Below are positions 28,596-43,499 of a stretch of 64,000 nucleotides of DNA, one piece after another. The stretch is from Eledone cirrhosa (Eukaryota). The stretch's first letter is position 1. Each line of letters starts with the position of its first letter. The notes under the pieces are model-generated. The model saw nothing but the letters and a program-made list of their open reading frames with translations, was not told the origin of the DNA and did not search any database. Location: NCBI GenBank assembly GCA_964016885.1, contig OZ024760.1:26102001-26166000 (forward strand), written 5' to 3'. Both the position numbers and the translations under genes were made by a program.

Positions 28596-28609
28596 GTGTG
28601 TATATATAC

Positions 28610-28661
<52 letters not shown>

Positions 28662-28933
28662 GTGAGGTTTTTTTTACAAAATGAAAAATAACCGAGGTGT
28701 CCTACACGAGTGGAAGTATAAAGAAAAAGGGATGAAATCGAAAATGCAACTGAAGTCTTATTTTTTTTTTTTTTTTTTTTTTTTTTTTCTGTGAGAAAAA
28801 CCACAGACCCTCCATCTCAACTCACCTTTTGAAAAGCAGAAGAACTGCGAAACCGGTAAAGGAACCAAATAAATATATATATATTTAAAAAAAAAATAAG
28901 ACTTCAGTTGCATTTTCGATTTCATCCCTTTTT

Positions 28934-28986
<53 letters not shown>

Positions 28987-29366
28987 TATATATATATATA
29001 ACGAAAGGAGCTGTGTGTTTACTGTAAACAAAGTTTAAGATGGTAGTATGGATGAAATAAGAGAAGAAATCGTTCATCAGCTGTAAAACCGAGATCAAGA
29101 TGTTTCGGCGCTTAATACAGGACATCTAAAAGCGATCAGCGGCGCGCTCAAGCCCTTTTATCGATCAAAAGACCAGGAGGGGAAGAAAAAAAAAGAAGAA
29201 GAAAAAAAGGGGAAAAGTGGGAAAAGAGCAATGGAACATGCAAGTGAGTAACCGAGGAAAAAATAGAATAGAATAAGTTATAGCGATCCGATTAGACTTG
29301 AGTCTGGGAATGCGATAACAGCAGCCCAGTGTTTATATATATATATATGTGTGTATGTGTGTGTGT

Positions 29367-29419
<53 letters not shown>

Positions 29420-29466
29420 AGGGCGTTTTACTTTACGTTTATATTTATGAGAAACCAAATCCTCAC

Positions 29467-29609
29467 CTTATCTTCTTCATATCCTTGACTGGTGTATGTG
29501 TTATATCTTGTCATTGAGTTCTCATAAAATGAGTTCGGATATGTCATCTGTTGCCACTCAAAGATTTCGTTCTTGAGATTTTCAAATTCTGCCGAGGTAT
29601 CTTCTTTCC
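29467..29609 (-). CDS. Exon of host gene (DUF885-like), first visible
   Basis: aataaag|GG+KEDTSAEFENLKNEIFEWQQMTYPNSFYENSMTRYNTYTSQGYEEDK|gtgagg; 143 nt, phase 1 to 0. The upstream (possibly signal-peptide) exon was not located. Confidence 0.75.
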
Positions 29610-29794
29610 CTTTATTAAAGACAGATATAAACAATAAATGAAATAGAATGAAATGTTTTGGTTCCTCGAATAGAATTCAAATAATAAACATTATGAGTGA
29701 TGTTTGGGTCTTATTTCTAGCTGGTGCCAATGACCATGTAGAGGTTCTATATTGGCTCGCAACATACATAGTTTATTTTCTTTTGCTCTTTATA

Positions 29795-29849
<55 letters not shown>

Positions 29850-30359
29850 AAGTAAGGAGCGCGGGATTGCGTACGGTTTATCATTTTTTAACCCATTAGT
29901 AAAATAAGTTGGATTACTTTGAATAAATAATGAATGAATATTACATAATTTATCTACTAAATTTGGTGGCTGTTGATTATATATATTTTGTTTATTTAAA
30001 GATTTACTTCTTTAAAATTTCTGAAATGTTAACACTTCCGGTTCGCCATCGCTTAAATAAACATACTAATTTTCTGTCACTAATTTTCTCCTAATGCAGT
30101 TTATATATAATATCGTCTTTTTAAATGTATCATGGATTACGTTAATGATTAAATAAGACAGTGTAACGCAATCTTCGTTTAATTTCTATGTATTATATAT
30201 TGTCAGTTACGATTTTATTTGATGTATCATATCTATATGTATATATACCTGCGTATAATATCAACATACACACTACACATGCTAGCAGAAAACCACCTGA
30301 AGGGTGGTTTTTCTGCTAGTAGTAATAATAATAAATGTGAAGACTAAAATCCAAAGAGG

Positions 30360-30894
30360 GCTCGATAAGGATAAATATATATCAAATATGTAAGAGCCAT
30401 AGAGCAAATATTTATTTAAATAAAAGTGTTAAGAATGCAATAGTCAACAATGTACAACAACGGATATCCAGGCTGTCTGCTAATAGATCCATAATTAATA
30501 GTAAGGCTATATATTATAATGAAGCGTTACATAAAGCTGGATAAAACAATAATATTGAGTATATAGATAAAAATACTGAAAATAAAATTAATTATAATTA
30601 CAGTAATCATAATAAAAATGTATATAAAAACAACAACTTGAGGAATAAATCAAAGGAAAAAATAAGAACTAGATCTACAATTTGGTATGCTTCGCCAGCA
30701 TCTTTACCTATTAAAACACCTGTAGCACATTTATATTTTAAAGCTTTGGATAAATGCTTCCCTAGGTCACATAAATATTACTCTATCTTCAGTAGACACA
30801 CTGTTAAACTATCTTATGCAACAACTATGAATATTGCTCAAAATATAGCAAAAATAAATAATAAAATCTTAATTTGAACCAACCTATAATTAGC

Positions 30895-30929
<35 letters not shown>

Positions 30930-32900
30930 TACATTAGTTAATGGGAATAACAATAATAATAGTTTGAACATGAATAATAGTAGAACACCTTTAAATAATA
31001 ATGGGAATAGTATAACGTCTGTAAATAATATTGAGAAGAAATGTAATTGTAGAAAGAAGTCCGCATGTCCTTTACAAAATAATTGCCTTGACAAGAATTT
31101 AGTATATAAATGTACCATTAAGACAAATAATAATATATATAACTACATAGGTGCCACCTCATCTAAATTTAAGGAGCTTTGGTATAATCATAGACATTCT
31201 TTCAGTAAACTAGATAAGACATTTTCAACTTCACTTTCGCAATTAGTATGGTCTTTAATGGACAATAATATTAAATACTCCATCTCTTGGGGGAAATAAA
31301 AAAAATGCTACTTCCTGTCAGAACTTAACTATTTCAGAAATTTGCAATCTTTGTAACCTTGAGATTCTACAGATAATTACAAACTGTGACAATTTAATCA
31401 ACAAAAAAAAAATGAATTATTTAGTAGTTGTCACCATAAAATTGGTAAAACTTTCCAGGCAATGTACAAGTTTCGAAAAAATATTGACAATTAATAATTT
31501 AAATATATATATAAGTTTTGCCTTATTGAAGTAATAATTTATTGATATTTATTATGTATTGGAATAATTTCATTAAGAGTCTCTTTATCCTATGCTTTGA
31601 TTAGGACAGTTCAATATTTAATTAGACATCAATTATGATATATACAATAGATGATTTATGGCTTTTGAATTATCGCTGGACGTGAGAGAAGAAATGAGTT
31701 ATAAATGCCTATATATGGCGAATGAGTTATCTTCTTTTTGTTTACATTGTCCGTAAAAATTTCTTTTTGACTAGCTTGCTAAAACATATTAAATATGAAA
31801 TATGTAGATTAATAATATATAGACTATCATTAAAAGGAAACTATATATCAAATTAAGTAAATACAGAAGTAAATAAAACCATTCATTAAATAAATGAAAT
31901 AAAACCATTCATTAAATAAATGAAATAAAACTATTGAAAGTAAATATAACTACAGTTTGATTCTAGGAAATAAATGAAAATTAAAGAATAGTAAATCTTT
32001 TATAAAGAGAATCTTTAAATTAAAATAAAATAATTTGGGTAATAAATGATCTAAATATATTATATGTATTGATGATGATATATGCAGGGTATTATATTTT
32101 AATACATATTTAATAATTATTTAAATAAGCTTTAAAGATTAATTCTTTTAAAGTTGCAACAAAATATTTATAGAATATCTTACCTTAAAATTAAAAATTA
32201 TAATAATCTATAATGAGTTAAATTAAATTATATACATTTATAATTAACTTAAATATGTGATTACTATAGAAAGTAATCTATACTGAATAATCTAGATATA
32301 ATATAAAACTATAATTAGCTAAAACATAATCAAATACAAGCGATATTCATTGATTATGTGAATAGATTTGATTTCTTATTTTATCTAGCATTTGAAAACA
32401 ACGTTTTTTTTTATATTCTCCTCTATTTGGTGTTTTCTTCTTTTTCTTCGTTTTTCTTTATACCCCTTCGTTTCCTTTTACTCTCCCCACATCTTCCCTC
32501 TTTTTTGTCTTTATTCCTCTTTTCTTTTTATATATTTCTTTTCTTCTTTTATTCATTCATCCATTTATTTTTTTATTCATTTATTTATATATGTATTTAT
32601 TTATTTATTGCCTTTTACTCTTTTTTGCACCCCCTCTTATATCTCGAATTTGCTCTACGTCGTTTTCTTCTTTAAGTTTATCATATTATTTGTGGTACAA
32701 AAACGTTGAAATTTGATGAAATAAATCACTGGCAATACTGGAATTGAATAATCAAGACCGTAGCGGTATGTCATATATCAAATCATATATTTTGTCTGAT
32801 GAAGACGTACTTAAACAACACAGTACCTTTGAAATATGTATAATAAAGTATATATTTTGATTATGTGAATATTTTTCATTTATTAACATTTTGAATAATA
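30360..32900 (+). mobile_element. Penelope-like element, Naiad-type, 5'-truncated, with 3' hammerhead
   Basis: Thumb/linker (IWYASP..LDKCFPRSHKYYSIFSRHTVKLSY), CNCRKKSACPLQNNCL, LVYKC..YIGAT..FK..YNH..SF, and CNLCNLE..LINK..ELFSSCHH, with frameshifts, ending at about 31495; long AT-rich 3'UTR. Confidence 0.8.
32785..32853 (+). ncRNA. Type-I hammerhead ribozyme (Naiad-type pLTR)
   Basis: atatattttgt-CTGATGA-agacgtact..agtaccttt-GAAA-tatgta-TA-ataaagtatat; 11-bp stem I including GU pairs; homolog at 43191-43262 (minus). Confidence 0.8.
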
Positions 32901-32903
32901 TAT

Positions 32904-33038
<135 letters not shown>

Positions 33039-33140
33039 TTAGTTAAGCACAACAAGACCACAAATTTCACATCCCTTCACGCTTTGGCTTCTAACTAACT
33101 CACCAATCTCTCCTCTCCTTTAAGATTGGTTACTCGTGAA

Positions 33141-33178
<38 letters not shown>

Positions 33179-34175
33179 GAGTGAGTGGAAGGTTAGTAAA
33201 ATCGGAGTTATGGCAGTCAGCCAATGTCCATGAAGTAACAATTCGGAGTTTGCACGAAGCACTCAATAAGAATGTATCGATACATCGATAGGTTACACCT
33301 TAAAAGGCGTGACAAATTGAAAACTGTGGTTAGGGGATATAGATACATGAATGGAAAACCATGGGAAGATTTATTTTACCTTTTATGGAAGCTGTAGTGA
33401 AAAGAAGGACCAATACTGCCTGCAGGAACCTGAAAATATAAACAAATATATATATACACACATATACATATATATGCACACATATGTATACATATATGTA
33501 TATACCTATATATATATACATATATACATATATATATGAAAGACGTAAAATAAGAAAATTATAAAAATTAACTTACTTACTAAAATTTCACTCCAACTAA
33601 TTAGTGTCTGAAAGGGAATAAACATGGTTTCCGAACGGAACAACATGGAGAAAATCCTTTCGTCATCAGGAAGTCTATTCTCAGCTAAGTTCCCAGGCAA
33701 TGCGTGGACACAGGGAACTTATACAAAAATAATTCAGTGGATGGAAAAAAAGCAAGCGAGGACTAAATTCCAGGACATTGAAAAAATCACTGCCTACTTG
33801 GTCGGTGGCAAATTTAAAAGAATCAATCACGTGACATCGAGGTTAATCAGTGAGGAGTGCGGTGCTAATAAGACAGTAGCCTGACTATTACTATGAATCA
33901 TAGTAGTAGTTTTGGCAAATTTTTGCTCAACAAAATAATTTGGAGATAAATATAAAGAATTAGTATATGTACCAACATATATATATACACTGTATATATA
34001 TGTTGGTAGATATACTAATTCTTTATATACACACACACATATATACAAACAAACCGAACATTATAATAAATGTTCGGTAAACCCATACGTACATATATAT
34101 ATATGTGTGTGCATGTATGTGTATATATACATACTACTGTGCGTTTGTACACATATATGTATGTACGTATACATA

Positions 34176-34250
<75 letters not shown>

Positions 34251-34530
34251 TATAAATTATGACCATAGAATCATTTGATAAGAAATATCCACCATTTCCT
34301 CTCCCAATCAACATAATCAACCACACAAAAAAACCAAGTAAACCAGACTATAAGATTAAAAGGCACCTATGAAGAAATAATAGATAAATAAACGACAGCC
34401 ATCTATTCGCGATCACCAGCTATAGAATATTTACCCAACATTTCAATAGCACGTGGAAATCGATCAAATATATCGTCAACCATACACAATTAGGTATAAA
34501 ATTAAAGTTTGCAGAAAAAAATGTATATAA

Positions 34531-34568
<38 letters not shown>

Positions 34569-34867
34569 CCTAAATTCAGCTTTAAAGAATTCCCCTTTCT
34601 TTAAACCGATGAACCCCACCCATCCTGTAGACACCTGACATACAGGCTTTGTTAGTTTAAGAGATACTTAAAAACAAGGATTGAACCTGTTTACAGTATT
34701 CTTTTTGCCTTTGTCACTCTTAATATAAATTATAGCTTTAAAGAATTAGCTTTTAATGAATTCCCTTTTCTTTAAACCCTCCAACCAATGAAATCCACCC
34801 ATCCCAATCCCCACCCTCTCCTATCACCAGAAAAGATATAAATACCACCACATTTATTTGGACAGTC

Positions 34868-34918
34868 AGCTTCCTGATGATTTCTCACGAATGAAACAGT
34901 TCTAGTCCTGTAGAAGCT
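34868..34918 (+). ncRNA. Type-I hammerhead ribozyme with a cis-closed stem III
   Basis: agcttc-CTGATGA-t-ttc(tcac)gaa-t-GAAA-cag(ttctagtc)ctg-TA-gaagct. Confidence 0.85.
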
Positions 34919-34997
34919 TTTCTATATTAATATATATATATTTAAACCAGGCAGAGCCCTACCTTCTCCAGTCGATTTTTTCCTATAGAGGAAGAAT

Positions 34998-36430
34998 GTA
35001 AGGATGAAAGGCAAAGTTAACTTCGGCGGGATTTGAACTCTGTCCTTAATAACTGTTTCTATTTTGACACAAGGCCAGCAATTAACCAGTATATTACTGG
35101 TACTTTATTTTATCGACCTCGCAAGGATGAAAGGCAGAGTTAACTTCGGCGAGATTTGAACTCAGTCCATAATAACTGTTTCTATTTTGACACAAGGCCA
35201 GCAATTAACCAGTATATTACTGGTACTTTATTTTATCGACCCCGCAAGGATGAAAGGCAGAGTTAACTTCGGCGAGATTTGAACTCAGTCCATAATAACT
35301 GTTTCTATTTTGACACAAGGCCAGCAATTAACCAGTATATTACTGGTACTTTATTTTATCGACCTCGCAAGGATGAAAGGCAGAGTTAACTTCGGCGAGA
35401 TTTGAACTCAGTCCATAATAACTGTTTCTATTTTGACACAAGGCCAGCAATTAACCAGTATATTACTGGTACTTTATTTTATCGACCCCGCAAGGATGAA
35501 AGGCAAAGTTAACTTCGGCGGGATTTGAACTCAGTCCTTAATAACTGTTTCTATTTTGACACAAGGCCAGCAATTACCAGTATATTACTGGTACTTTATT
35601 TTATCGACCCCGCAAAGATGAAAGGCAAAGTTAACTTCGGCGGGATTTGAACTCAGTCCTTAATAACTGTTTTCATTTTGACACAAGGCCAGCAATTACC
35701 CAGTATATTACTGGTACTTTATTTTATCGACCCAGCAAGGATGAAAGGCAAAGTTAACTTCGGCGGGATTTGAACTCAGTCCATAATAACTGTTTCTATT
35801 TTGACAAGGCCAGCAATTACCCAGTATATTACTAGTACTTTATTTTATCGACCCCGCAAGGATGAAAGGCAAAGTTAACTTCGGCGGGATTTGAACTCAG
35901 TCCATAATAACTGTTTCTATTTTGACACAAGGCCAGCAATTACCCAGTATATTACTGGTACTTTATTTTATCGACCCCGCAAGGATGAAAGGCAAAGTTA
36001 ACTTCGACGGGATTTGAACTCAGTCCATAATAACTGTTTCTATTTTGACACAAGGCCAGCAATTACCAGTATATTACTGGTACTTTATTTTATCGACCTC
36101 GCAAGGATGAAAGGCAAAGTTAACTTCGACGAGATTTGAACTCAGTCCATAATAACTGTTTCTATTTTGACACAAGGCCAGCAATTAACCAGTATATTAC
36201 TGGTACTTTATTTTATCGACCCCGCAAGGATGAAAGGCAAAGTTAACTTCGGCGGGATTTGAACTCAGGCCATAAAAATTGTTTCGACTTTTGGCACAAG
36301 GCCAGCAATTATCACAGTGCATTACTGGTATTTTATTTTTATTTTTTATCGACCCCGTAAGGATGAAAGGCAAAGTTAACCTCGGCAGGATTTGAAATCA
36401 GAGCGTAAAGGGACGTAACCCTATGCTGCA
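34998..36430 (-). repeat. SINE-derived tandem array, about 123-bp unit, 11-12 copies
   Basis: The ggatgaaaggca.agttaac core recurs at about 35001, 35124, 35247, 35370, 35493, 35615, 35738, 35859, 35982, 36104, 36227 and 36360; unit = B box + Meta-like domain + tail. Confidence 0.92.
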
Positions 36431-37304
36431 ACTCTACTGATACCAAGGCCATAATAACTACCCTAACGACGACTGGACGAGATGATATGCATCTTCTTCT
36501 CTCTCGTGGGTTGGGAGGAAACCTTAGGATCTTTCGTTATATCAACAACTCTATAAAACACTCCAACACTTGCACCTGATATACCGGGGAATTATGGGTA
36601 AATTCCACACATTCTCTTTAGCCTTTCTTTCTTTCCATCTTTCTTTCTTTCTATCTTTCTTTTTTCTTTTTTATTTGTTTGATTGTTCCTTTCTTCTTTT
36701 TCCTTTCTTCCTTTCTATTTCTTCTTTGTTTTTCTTTGTTGTTTGATTGTTTCTCTCTTTCTTTTTTCCTTTCTGTTTTTCTTTCTTTCTGTTTTTCTTT
36801 CCTTCTTTCCTTCTCTCCTTCATTCTTTCTTTTATTCTTTTATCTGTGTTAGTTGTTTTCTCTGTGTTTCCGTTTATTTATTCCATCAGGCTGACATTTA
36901 CTTTACATGTTGAAGCTGTCGGACTTTGCCAAACAAAATAGCGCCAACATTCACCATCATCATCACCATCACCAGCATCATCATCGTAATCAGCATCATC
37001 ACCATCATAATCACCATCACCATCACCATCATCACCAGCATCATCATCACCATCCTTTTCATCTCCACCACAGTCACTTCCATCATCATCATTATCATCA
37101 CTATCATCACCATCATCACCATCACTATCATCATCACTATCCTCATCATCATCATCATCTTCGACATCATCCCACCACCGCCACCACCACCACCACCACC
37201 ACCACCATCATTATCACCCCCACCATCATCACCCCACCATCATCACCACCACCATCACCACCATCACCACCAACATCATGAACACCACCATCACCGACGA
37301 CGAC

Positions 37305-37353
<49 letters not shown>

Positions 37354-37621
37354 ACGACAACGGCAACGATGACGATCTTGACGATCATGATGATGATGAT
37401 GATGACGCGTAACTCCAGATAGAGCCGTAGAGGGCCCCTTAGTGAAATATGGCGTTTTCTCTTGGCCTTTTACCCCTAGTGGGGCCCATCTCCTCTCTAG
37501 GCCTGAAAACACCAGATTTCTTCCAGGGAAAAATCAAAGAAGGAAGAGAGGAAGTGAGAAAGAAATATAAAGGAAGAATCGTCTCCAGTACTACAATGAC
37601 ATTTATTTTATCGACCGTCAG

Positions 37622-38445
37622 TAGATCTTCTTCTTCTCCTACTTATTCCTTAGAGGGTCGTAGGGGCAGAGTCCTAAATCACTCCCTCCAGCGGGTCTTG
37701 TCAGAAGCCACCACCTCCAACTGATCTGGCTGGACCTCAAAGCGAGATCAGCCAAGCTCATAGATGTTATCCAAACATCTTGCTTGGTGTCTACCCCCAG
37801 GTCTCTTCTCGGTTGGTTTTGCCCGTAAAATCTGACCAGCGATTCTTTCCTGAGACATTCTAACCCCATGTCCATAGTATCAGAGCTATGATCTCTCAAT
37901 TCAGAGAAGTAGCAGCTCTAGCTGGAGCGACTCTCTGATCTCCGAGCTACAAATCTCTCCAGCGATTCTTTCCTGAGACATTCTAACCACATGTCCATAG
38001 TATCAGAGCTGTTGTCTCTCAATTCAGAGAAGTGGCGGCTCTACATGGAGTGACTCTCTGATCTCCAAGTTACAAATCTGTCCAGCAATTTTTTCCTGAA
38101 ACATTCTAACCACATGTCCATAGTATCAGAGCTGTTGTCTCTCAAATCGGAGAAGTAGCGGCTCTACCTGGAGTGACTCTCTTATCTCCGAGCTACACAT
38201 CTGTCCAGCAATTCTTTCCTGAGACATTCTAACCACATGCCTATAGTATCAGAGCTGTGGTCTCTCAATTGGGAGAAGTAGCAACTCAACCTGGAGTGAC
38301 TCTCTGATCTTTGAGCTAAGCACTTTATCCAGTAACAATACTCCAAAGACCCTTCGGGGGGAATTCCAGTTCGGCTGCTTGTATTAGCGATCGTATTCTT
38401 TCGGTCATTACACAAGATTCATGACCATAGGTAATAGTTGGCACG
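37622..38445 (-). mobile_element. RTE-type 3' fragment with an internal tandem of about 122 bp (about 4 copies)
   Basis: ttctttcctgagacattctaaccacatgtccatagtatcagagct repeated; same unit as 63475-64000. Confidence 0.75.
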
Positions 38446-38514
38446 AAAACGGAATTGAAGATGGCGAGGCTTAAATAAATAAAATTGAAAATTTACCTCA
38501 GATTTATTTGAACT

Positions 38515-39600
38515 CGAATAATTGTTTCTACTTTTGGCACAAGGGCAGCAATTACCCAGTACATTACTGGTACTTTAATGTAATTGCTGGCCTTGTGCCA
38601 AAAGTAGAAACAATTATTATTTTCTATTCTCTGCGCTCTCCTAGTTCAAACAATGAATTCTTATATAGGCACAAGGCCAGCAATTGCGGGGGGAAGGGAA
38701 AGTCGATTAAATCTACCCCAGTGTATTACTGGTACTTTATTTTATCGACCCCGTAAAGATGAAAGGCAAAGTTAACTTTCGCGGGATTTGAACTCAGACC
38801 GTAAAGGGACGTAACTCTTTACTGCCAAGCATGGCGTCCGAACCTCTATCGATACTGCCAATCCACCGCCCTTCCGAGTTCAAATAATTGTTTCTACTTT
38901 TGGCACAAGGCCAGCAATTAACCCAGTGTATTACTGGTACTTTATTTTATCGACCCCGTAAGGATGAAAGGCAAAGTTAACCTCGGCGGGCTTTGAACTC
39001 AGAATGGCAAGGGCCGTAACTTTCTGCTGCAAAGCATGGCGTCTGACTCTCTACCGCAAATAATGTTTTTTTTTCTTATATAGGCACAAGGCCTGCAATT
39101 TGGGGGAAGGGGAAAGTCGATTAAATCGATCCCAGTGCGTGACTGGTACTTTATTTTATCGACCGCGTAAGGATGAAAGGCAAAGTTAACCTCGGCGGTA
39201 TTTGAACTCAGATCATAAAGGGCCGTAACTCTATACTGCAAAGCATGGCGCCCTTTTGGCACAAGGCCATCAATTATCCCAGTGTATTACTGGTACTTTA
39301 TTTTATCGACCCGTAAGGATGAAAGGCAAAGTTAACTTCGGCGGGATTTGAACTCAATCCTTAAAGGGACAGCATGGCGTCCGACCCTCTACCTATACTG
39401 CCAATCCACCGTCCTCTCTACTGCAAATAATTGTTTCTACTTTTGGCACAAGGCCAACAAATTAACCAGTACATTACTGGTACTTTATTTTATCGACCCC
39501 GTAAGGATGAAAGGCAAAGTTAACCTCGGCAGGATTTGAACTCAGAATGGCAAGGGCCGTAACTCTATGCGTCAAAGCATGGCGTCCGACCCTCTAATGT
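38515..39600 (-). mobile_element. Cluster of about 6 Meta-like SINEs or fragments
   Basis: Repeated ggcacaaggcc...ttttatcgacc..gtaaggatgaaaggcaaagttaac...tttgaactca. Confidence 0.85.
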
Positions 39601-39993
39601 CAAGTATTCTTATCCGATTTTCTACCGAAGAATCTACCACTTCGGCATTTTTCTGTCTACGTATTCGTGAATTGATGAGATGATAATCACGTGATACCAG
39701 AAAAAATAAACGGTTAACGTAAACAGCTCGAAAGCTTCCTTGATAATAGGATAATAAGTTTTATTTATCATCTGACGCGGCGTCGATAAATAATAAAAAG
39801 AAATACCCATACGATTTATCAATTATCATATAAGCCGACCTTGTTAGTTCTTTACGTTGGCTGTTATTATCTCAATCTCGTTTATTTCATCTTACGACGA
39901 GAGCTATCGTTAAAAGGTTAACCTTCTCGTACTTTTAAAGTTCTTTCATACCCCCAGCTTTGCTCACACATCCACACGTACACACACACACAT

Positions 39994-40076
<83 letters not shown>

Positions 40077-40273
40077 CACTCATGCAATCGATTCAATTCC
40101 CTAACGAGGAAGAAAGATGTGTGTTTGTGTGTATGTGTGTGTATGTAGTCTGGTTAGCAGACGATAAAAACACATACACACACGCACTCATTCATACACA
40201 TGCACACACACGCACACATACATACACATACACACATATACAATTGATTTACCTCCATAACGAGGAAGAAAGA

Positions 40274-40308
<35 letters not shown>

Positions 40309-40354
40309 TCGTATGTAGTCTGGTTAACAGACGATAGAAAGATGGCGGATAATT

Positions 40355-41196
40355 CATTGTAAAGTCAGCACAAGACCAGCAATTTTCGAGTAGAAGGGAG
40401 ATTCGTCTATGTCAGCCTCGGTACTTAACGGGTATTTTGTTTTATAGACCTAACAAACAAAACACTTCATTTCATGTTACTCAGTATACTACACTGAAAA
40501 TATGTACCAGTAATAGCTTGGGGAAAGAGTTAACTCTGCGATGGAGTGGCGCCCTGTCCAGGGAGTGTCTTGTAATCTCAGTCATTTAACGCCACGGAAA
40601 CCGAGATATGCATCGTCTTGATGAGCTTTTGAGCTCGAAACACACTTTAATCCTGCGATGGACTGGCGTCCTGTCCAGGGGGCAGTCTTGTACTCTCAGT
40701 AGCTTAACGTCAAGGAAACTGGGCATATGAGCCTTCTAGCTAGAGACAGACTTTAGCTCTGCGATGGACTGGCGTCCTATCCAGGGGGAGTCTTGTATCT
40801 CCAGTCCCTTAACGCCACGAAAACAAGGCAGATAACCCTTCTAGATAGAGACAGACTGCGATGGACTGACGTCCTGTCCAGGGGTCAGTCTTGTATCTTC
40901 AGTCGCTTAACGCCACCGAAACTGGGCTGACGAGACTCCGGTCACGAGACAGACTTTAGCCCTGCGATGGACTGACGTCCTGTACAGGGGTCAGTTTTGT
41001 ATCTTCAGTCGCTTAACGACACCGAAATTGGGCCCACGAGCATCCGGTCAGGAAACAATCTTTAAACTTTTTTAACAAACATGACAGGTAAAGTTAACTC
41101 GGAGAGGATTTGACCTTTGTACCCAAAGGTCCGTATCTAAATTCTACAAAGCATTTTGTTCGACGGTGTTACGATATTCTCAATCCTCCATCTTAC
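40355..41196. mobile_element. Old SINE with a 16-bp TSD, interrupted by a 5-unit tandem of another SINE core
   Basis: aagatggcggataatt at 40339-40354 and 41197-41212; internal ctgcgatgga.tg.cg.cct.t.cagggg units at about 40536, 40653, 40759, 40856 and 40962. Confidence 0.65.
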
Positions 41197-41405
41197 AAGA
41201 TGGCGGATAATTATCTGTAAAGAGAGTATAGCGATGACTGTGAAGGGAAAAGAACCGACTAAACTGTTGTGGCTGTTTTTGTTGTTGTTGTTATTGTTGT
41301 TGTTGTTGCTGTTGTTCCTGTTGTTGTCGTTGTTGTTGTTTTTGCTGCTGTTGCTATTGCTGCTGATGTTGGTCCTGTTGTTGTTGTTGTTGTTGTTGTT
41401 ATTGC

Positions 41406-41438
<33 letters not shown>

Positions 41439-41565
41439 CATTGTTATTGCTGTTGTTGCTGTTGATGTTGTTCCTGTTGTTAATAGTGATGTTGTCGTTG
41501 TTGTTGTTGTTGTCGTTGTTGTCGTTGTGGATGTTGTTGTTGTTGTTGTTGTTGGTGGTGGTGTT

Positions 41566-41597
<32 letters not shown>

Positions 41598-42783
41598 ACT
41601 TTGCTAACAGTAGAAACTGTTAGCAAAGAATTAGGTCTGTCACATCTACTTGATCGGAAAAGAAGGAGTGGGGAGTGGGGTGGAGGGGGGATAAAATGTG
41701 TGGGGGTGGGGTGGGGGGATAAATGTGGGCGCGGGGAGTTGGGTAAAAGGTAGAGCATGACGTTGTTTTATTTGAAACTATTTTCTTCCCCATCCGCTTC
41801 CTCCTCCCTCCCTCCTCATCCTTCCCATCTTCTTCTTCTTCTTCTTCTTCTTCTTCTTCTTCTTCTTCTTCTTCTTCTTCTTCTTCTTTTTCTTCTTCTT
41901 GTATCACTATAAACAATATGGCGTCTTCATTCTAAACAGTCCCCAACTAAAACTACCACACACACACACCCAACCCACATATCCACTTTTACCACCACAC
42001 ACACCTACCCTCCCTACTTACACATACATCCCTATCCACCCACCCCCTACCTTCCCTACTCATCAACACTCTACCCTCTCCCTCTCCCCCCGATCACCCC
42101 ACCCCACCCACATACCACCCCACACCTACCCACATACACCCCTCACATAGAACCCCCCCAACACACCCCTACCCACATGCACCCCCCCATCAACACACCC
42201 CTACCCACACATACACCCCGCTCAACACACATCTATCCACACCCACACCACACCCACCCACACACATCCCTACCTCCCCAGCCACACATCCCTACCCACA
42301 TCCACCCCCTAACTCCACATATATCCCTCCCCACACATGCACCCCTATCCCCCACCAGCCTACCCGCCCCTCTGTAGCCCCCACCAACCCTCAATGAAAC
42401 TGAAAGATAGGTTCAAATGTATACTAAGTTCATTTAGGTTCACTGCCTGGTTCACTGCTTGTTCATGACAAATACGAAATCAAACTTAAAATCTCACAAG
42501 AAGGACACACTGTTTGCTTGTATATTTGTCTATGGTCCGTTCGTCAGTGTGTTGATGTTGTAGGTGTTGTTGTATGGTTCGTTTTTGTTTCTGTGTTGTT
42601 GTTGTTGTTGGTGGTGTTGTTGTTGTATTTGGTGGGCTTGGGTAGTTTTTATCCCTCCCTCACCTTTTTTTATTCGTCTTGTTGTTGTTGTTGTTGTTGC
42701 TGTTTTATGCTCCGATCAACCCTGACATGAAGTGGCTTTTGTGCAAATAAATAAGAAAAATCACTTGAACACACGCATGAATA

Positions 42784-42912
<129 letters not shown>

Positions 42913-42922
42913 TATATATATA

Positions 42923-43124
42923 TAACGAAGGAAATGTGGTAAAGAACCAGATGGACCATAACGCACCAAAGTACTCAATACTTAGAGTAGTAGAGTGGGT
43001 AATAGGAACGAGTAGGACCCCGACGGCTGAGCTCAAGCCGTTTCGACGGTTAATTCTGGACTAAAAAGTCCAGAATTAGCCGTCGAAACGGCTTGAGCTC
43101 AGCCGTCGGGGTCCTACTCGTTCC
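42923..43124. mobile_element. ccccgacggc-family fold-back element
   Basis: Tail plus a palindrome at about 43003-43126 centred on ggactaaaaagtcc. Confidence 0.85.
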
Positions 43125-43139
43125 TATATATATATATAC

Positions 43140-43499
43140 ATAATATTATTCGAAATGTTAACGAATGAAAAATATTCTCATAATCAGAATATATACTTTA
43201 TTATATATATTTCAAAGGTACTGTGTTGTTTTTTCAGTACGTCCTCATCAGACAAAATATATGATTTGATATATGACATACCGCTACGGTCTTGTTTATT
43301 CAATTCCAGTATAACACTTATTTAATAGATTAGGAGTTATTGAGTATGTATAATAAAGTATATATTTTGCTTATGTGACTATTTTTCATTCGTTAACATT
43401 TCGAATAATATTAAAAACTCCAGACTTTTCTGTTGAGTGCTTCTAATGTATTGTAAAATTGTATTCGTTGAGTAATCAACGAACCATACTAACCTTTGG

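Noticed and set aside
39634-39822. Hydrophobic ORF as the signal-peptide exon of the host gene
   Set aside because: No good phase-1 donor was found to join exon 29609.
40617-40645. ttgatgagc..gctcgaaac hammerhead-like string
   Set aside because: It is part of a SINE core unit; other units and the 44848 copy lack GAAA, and stems I and III are absent.
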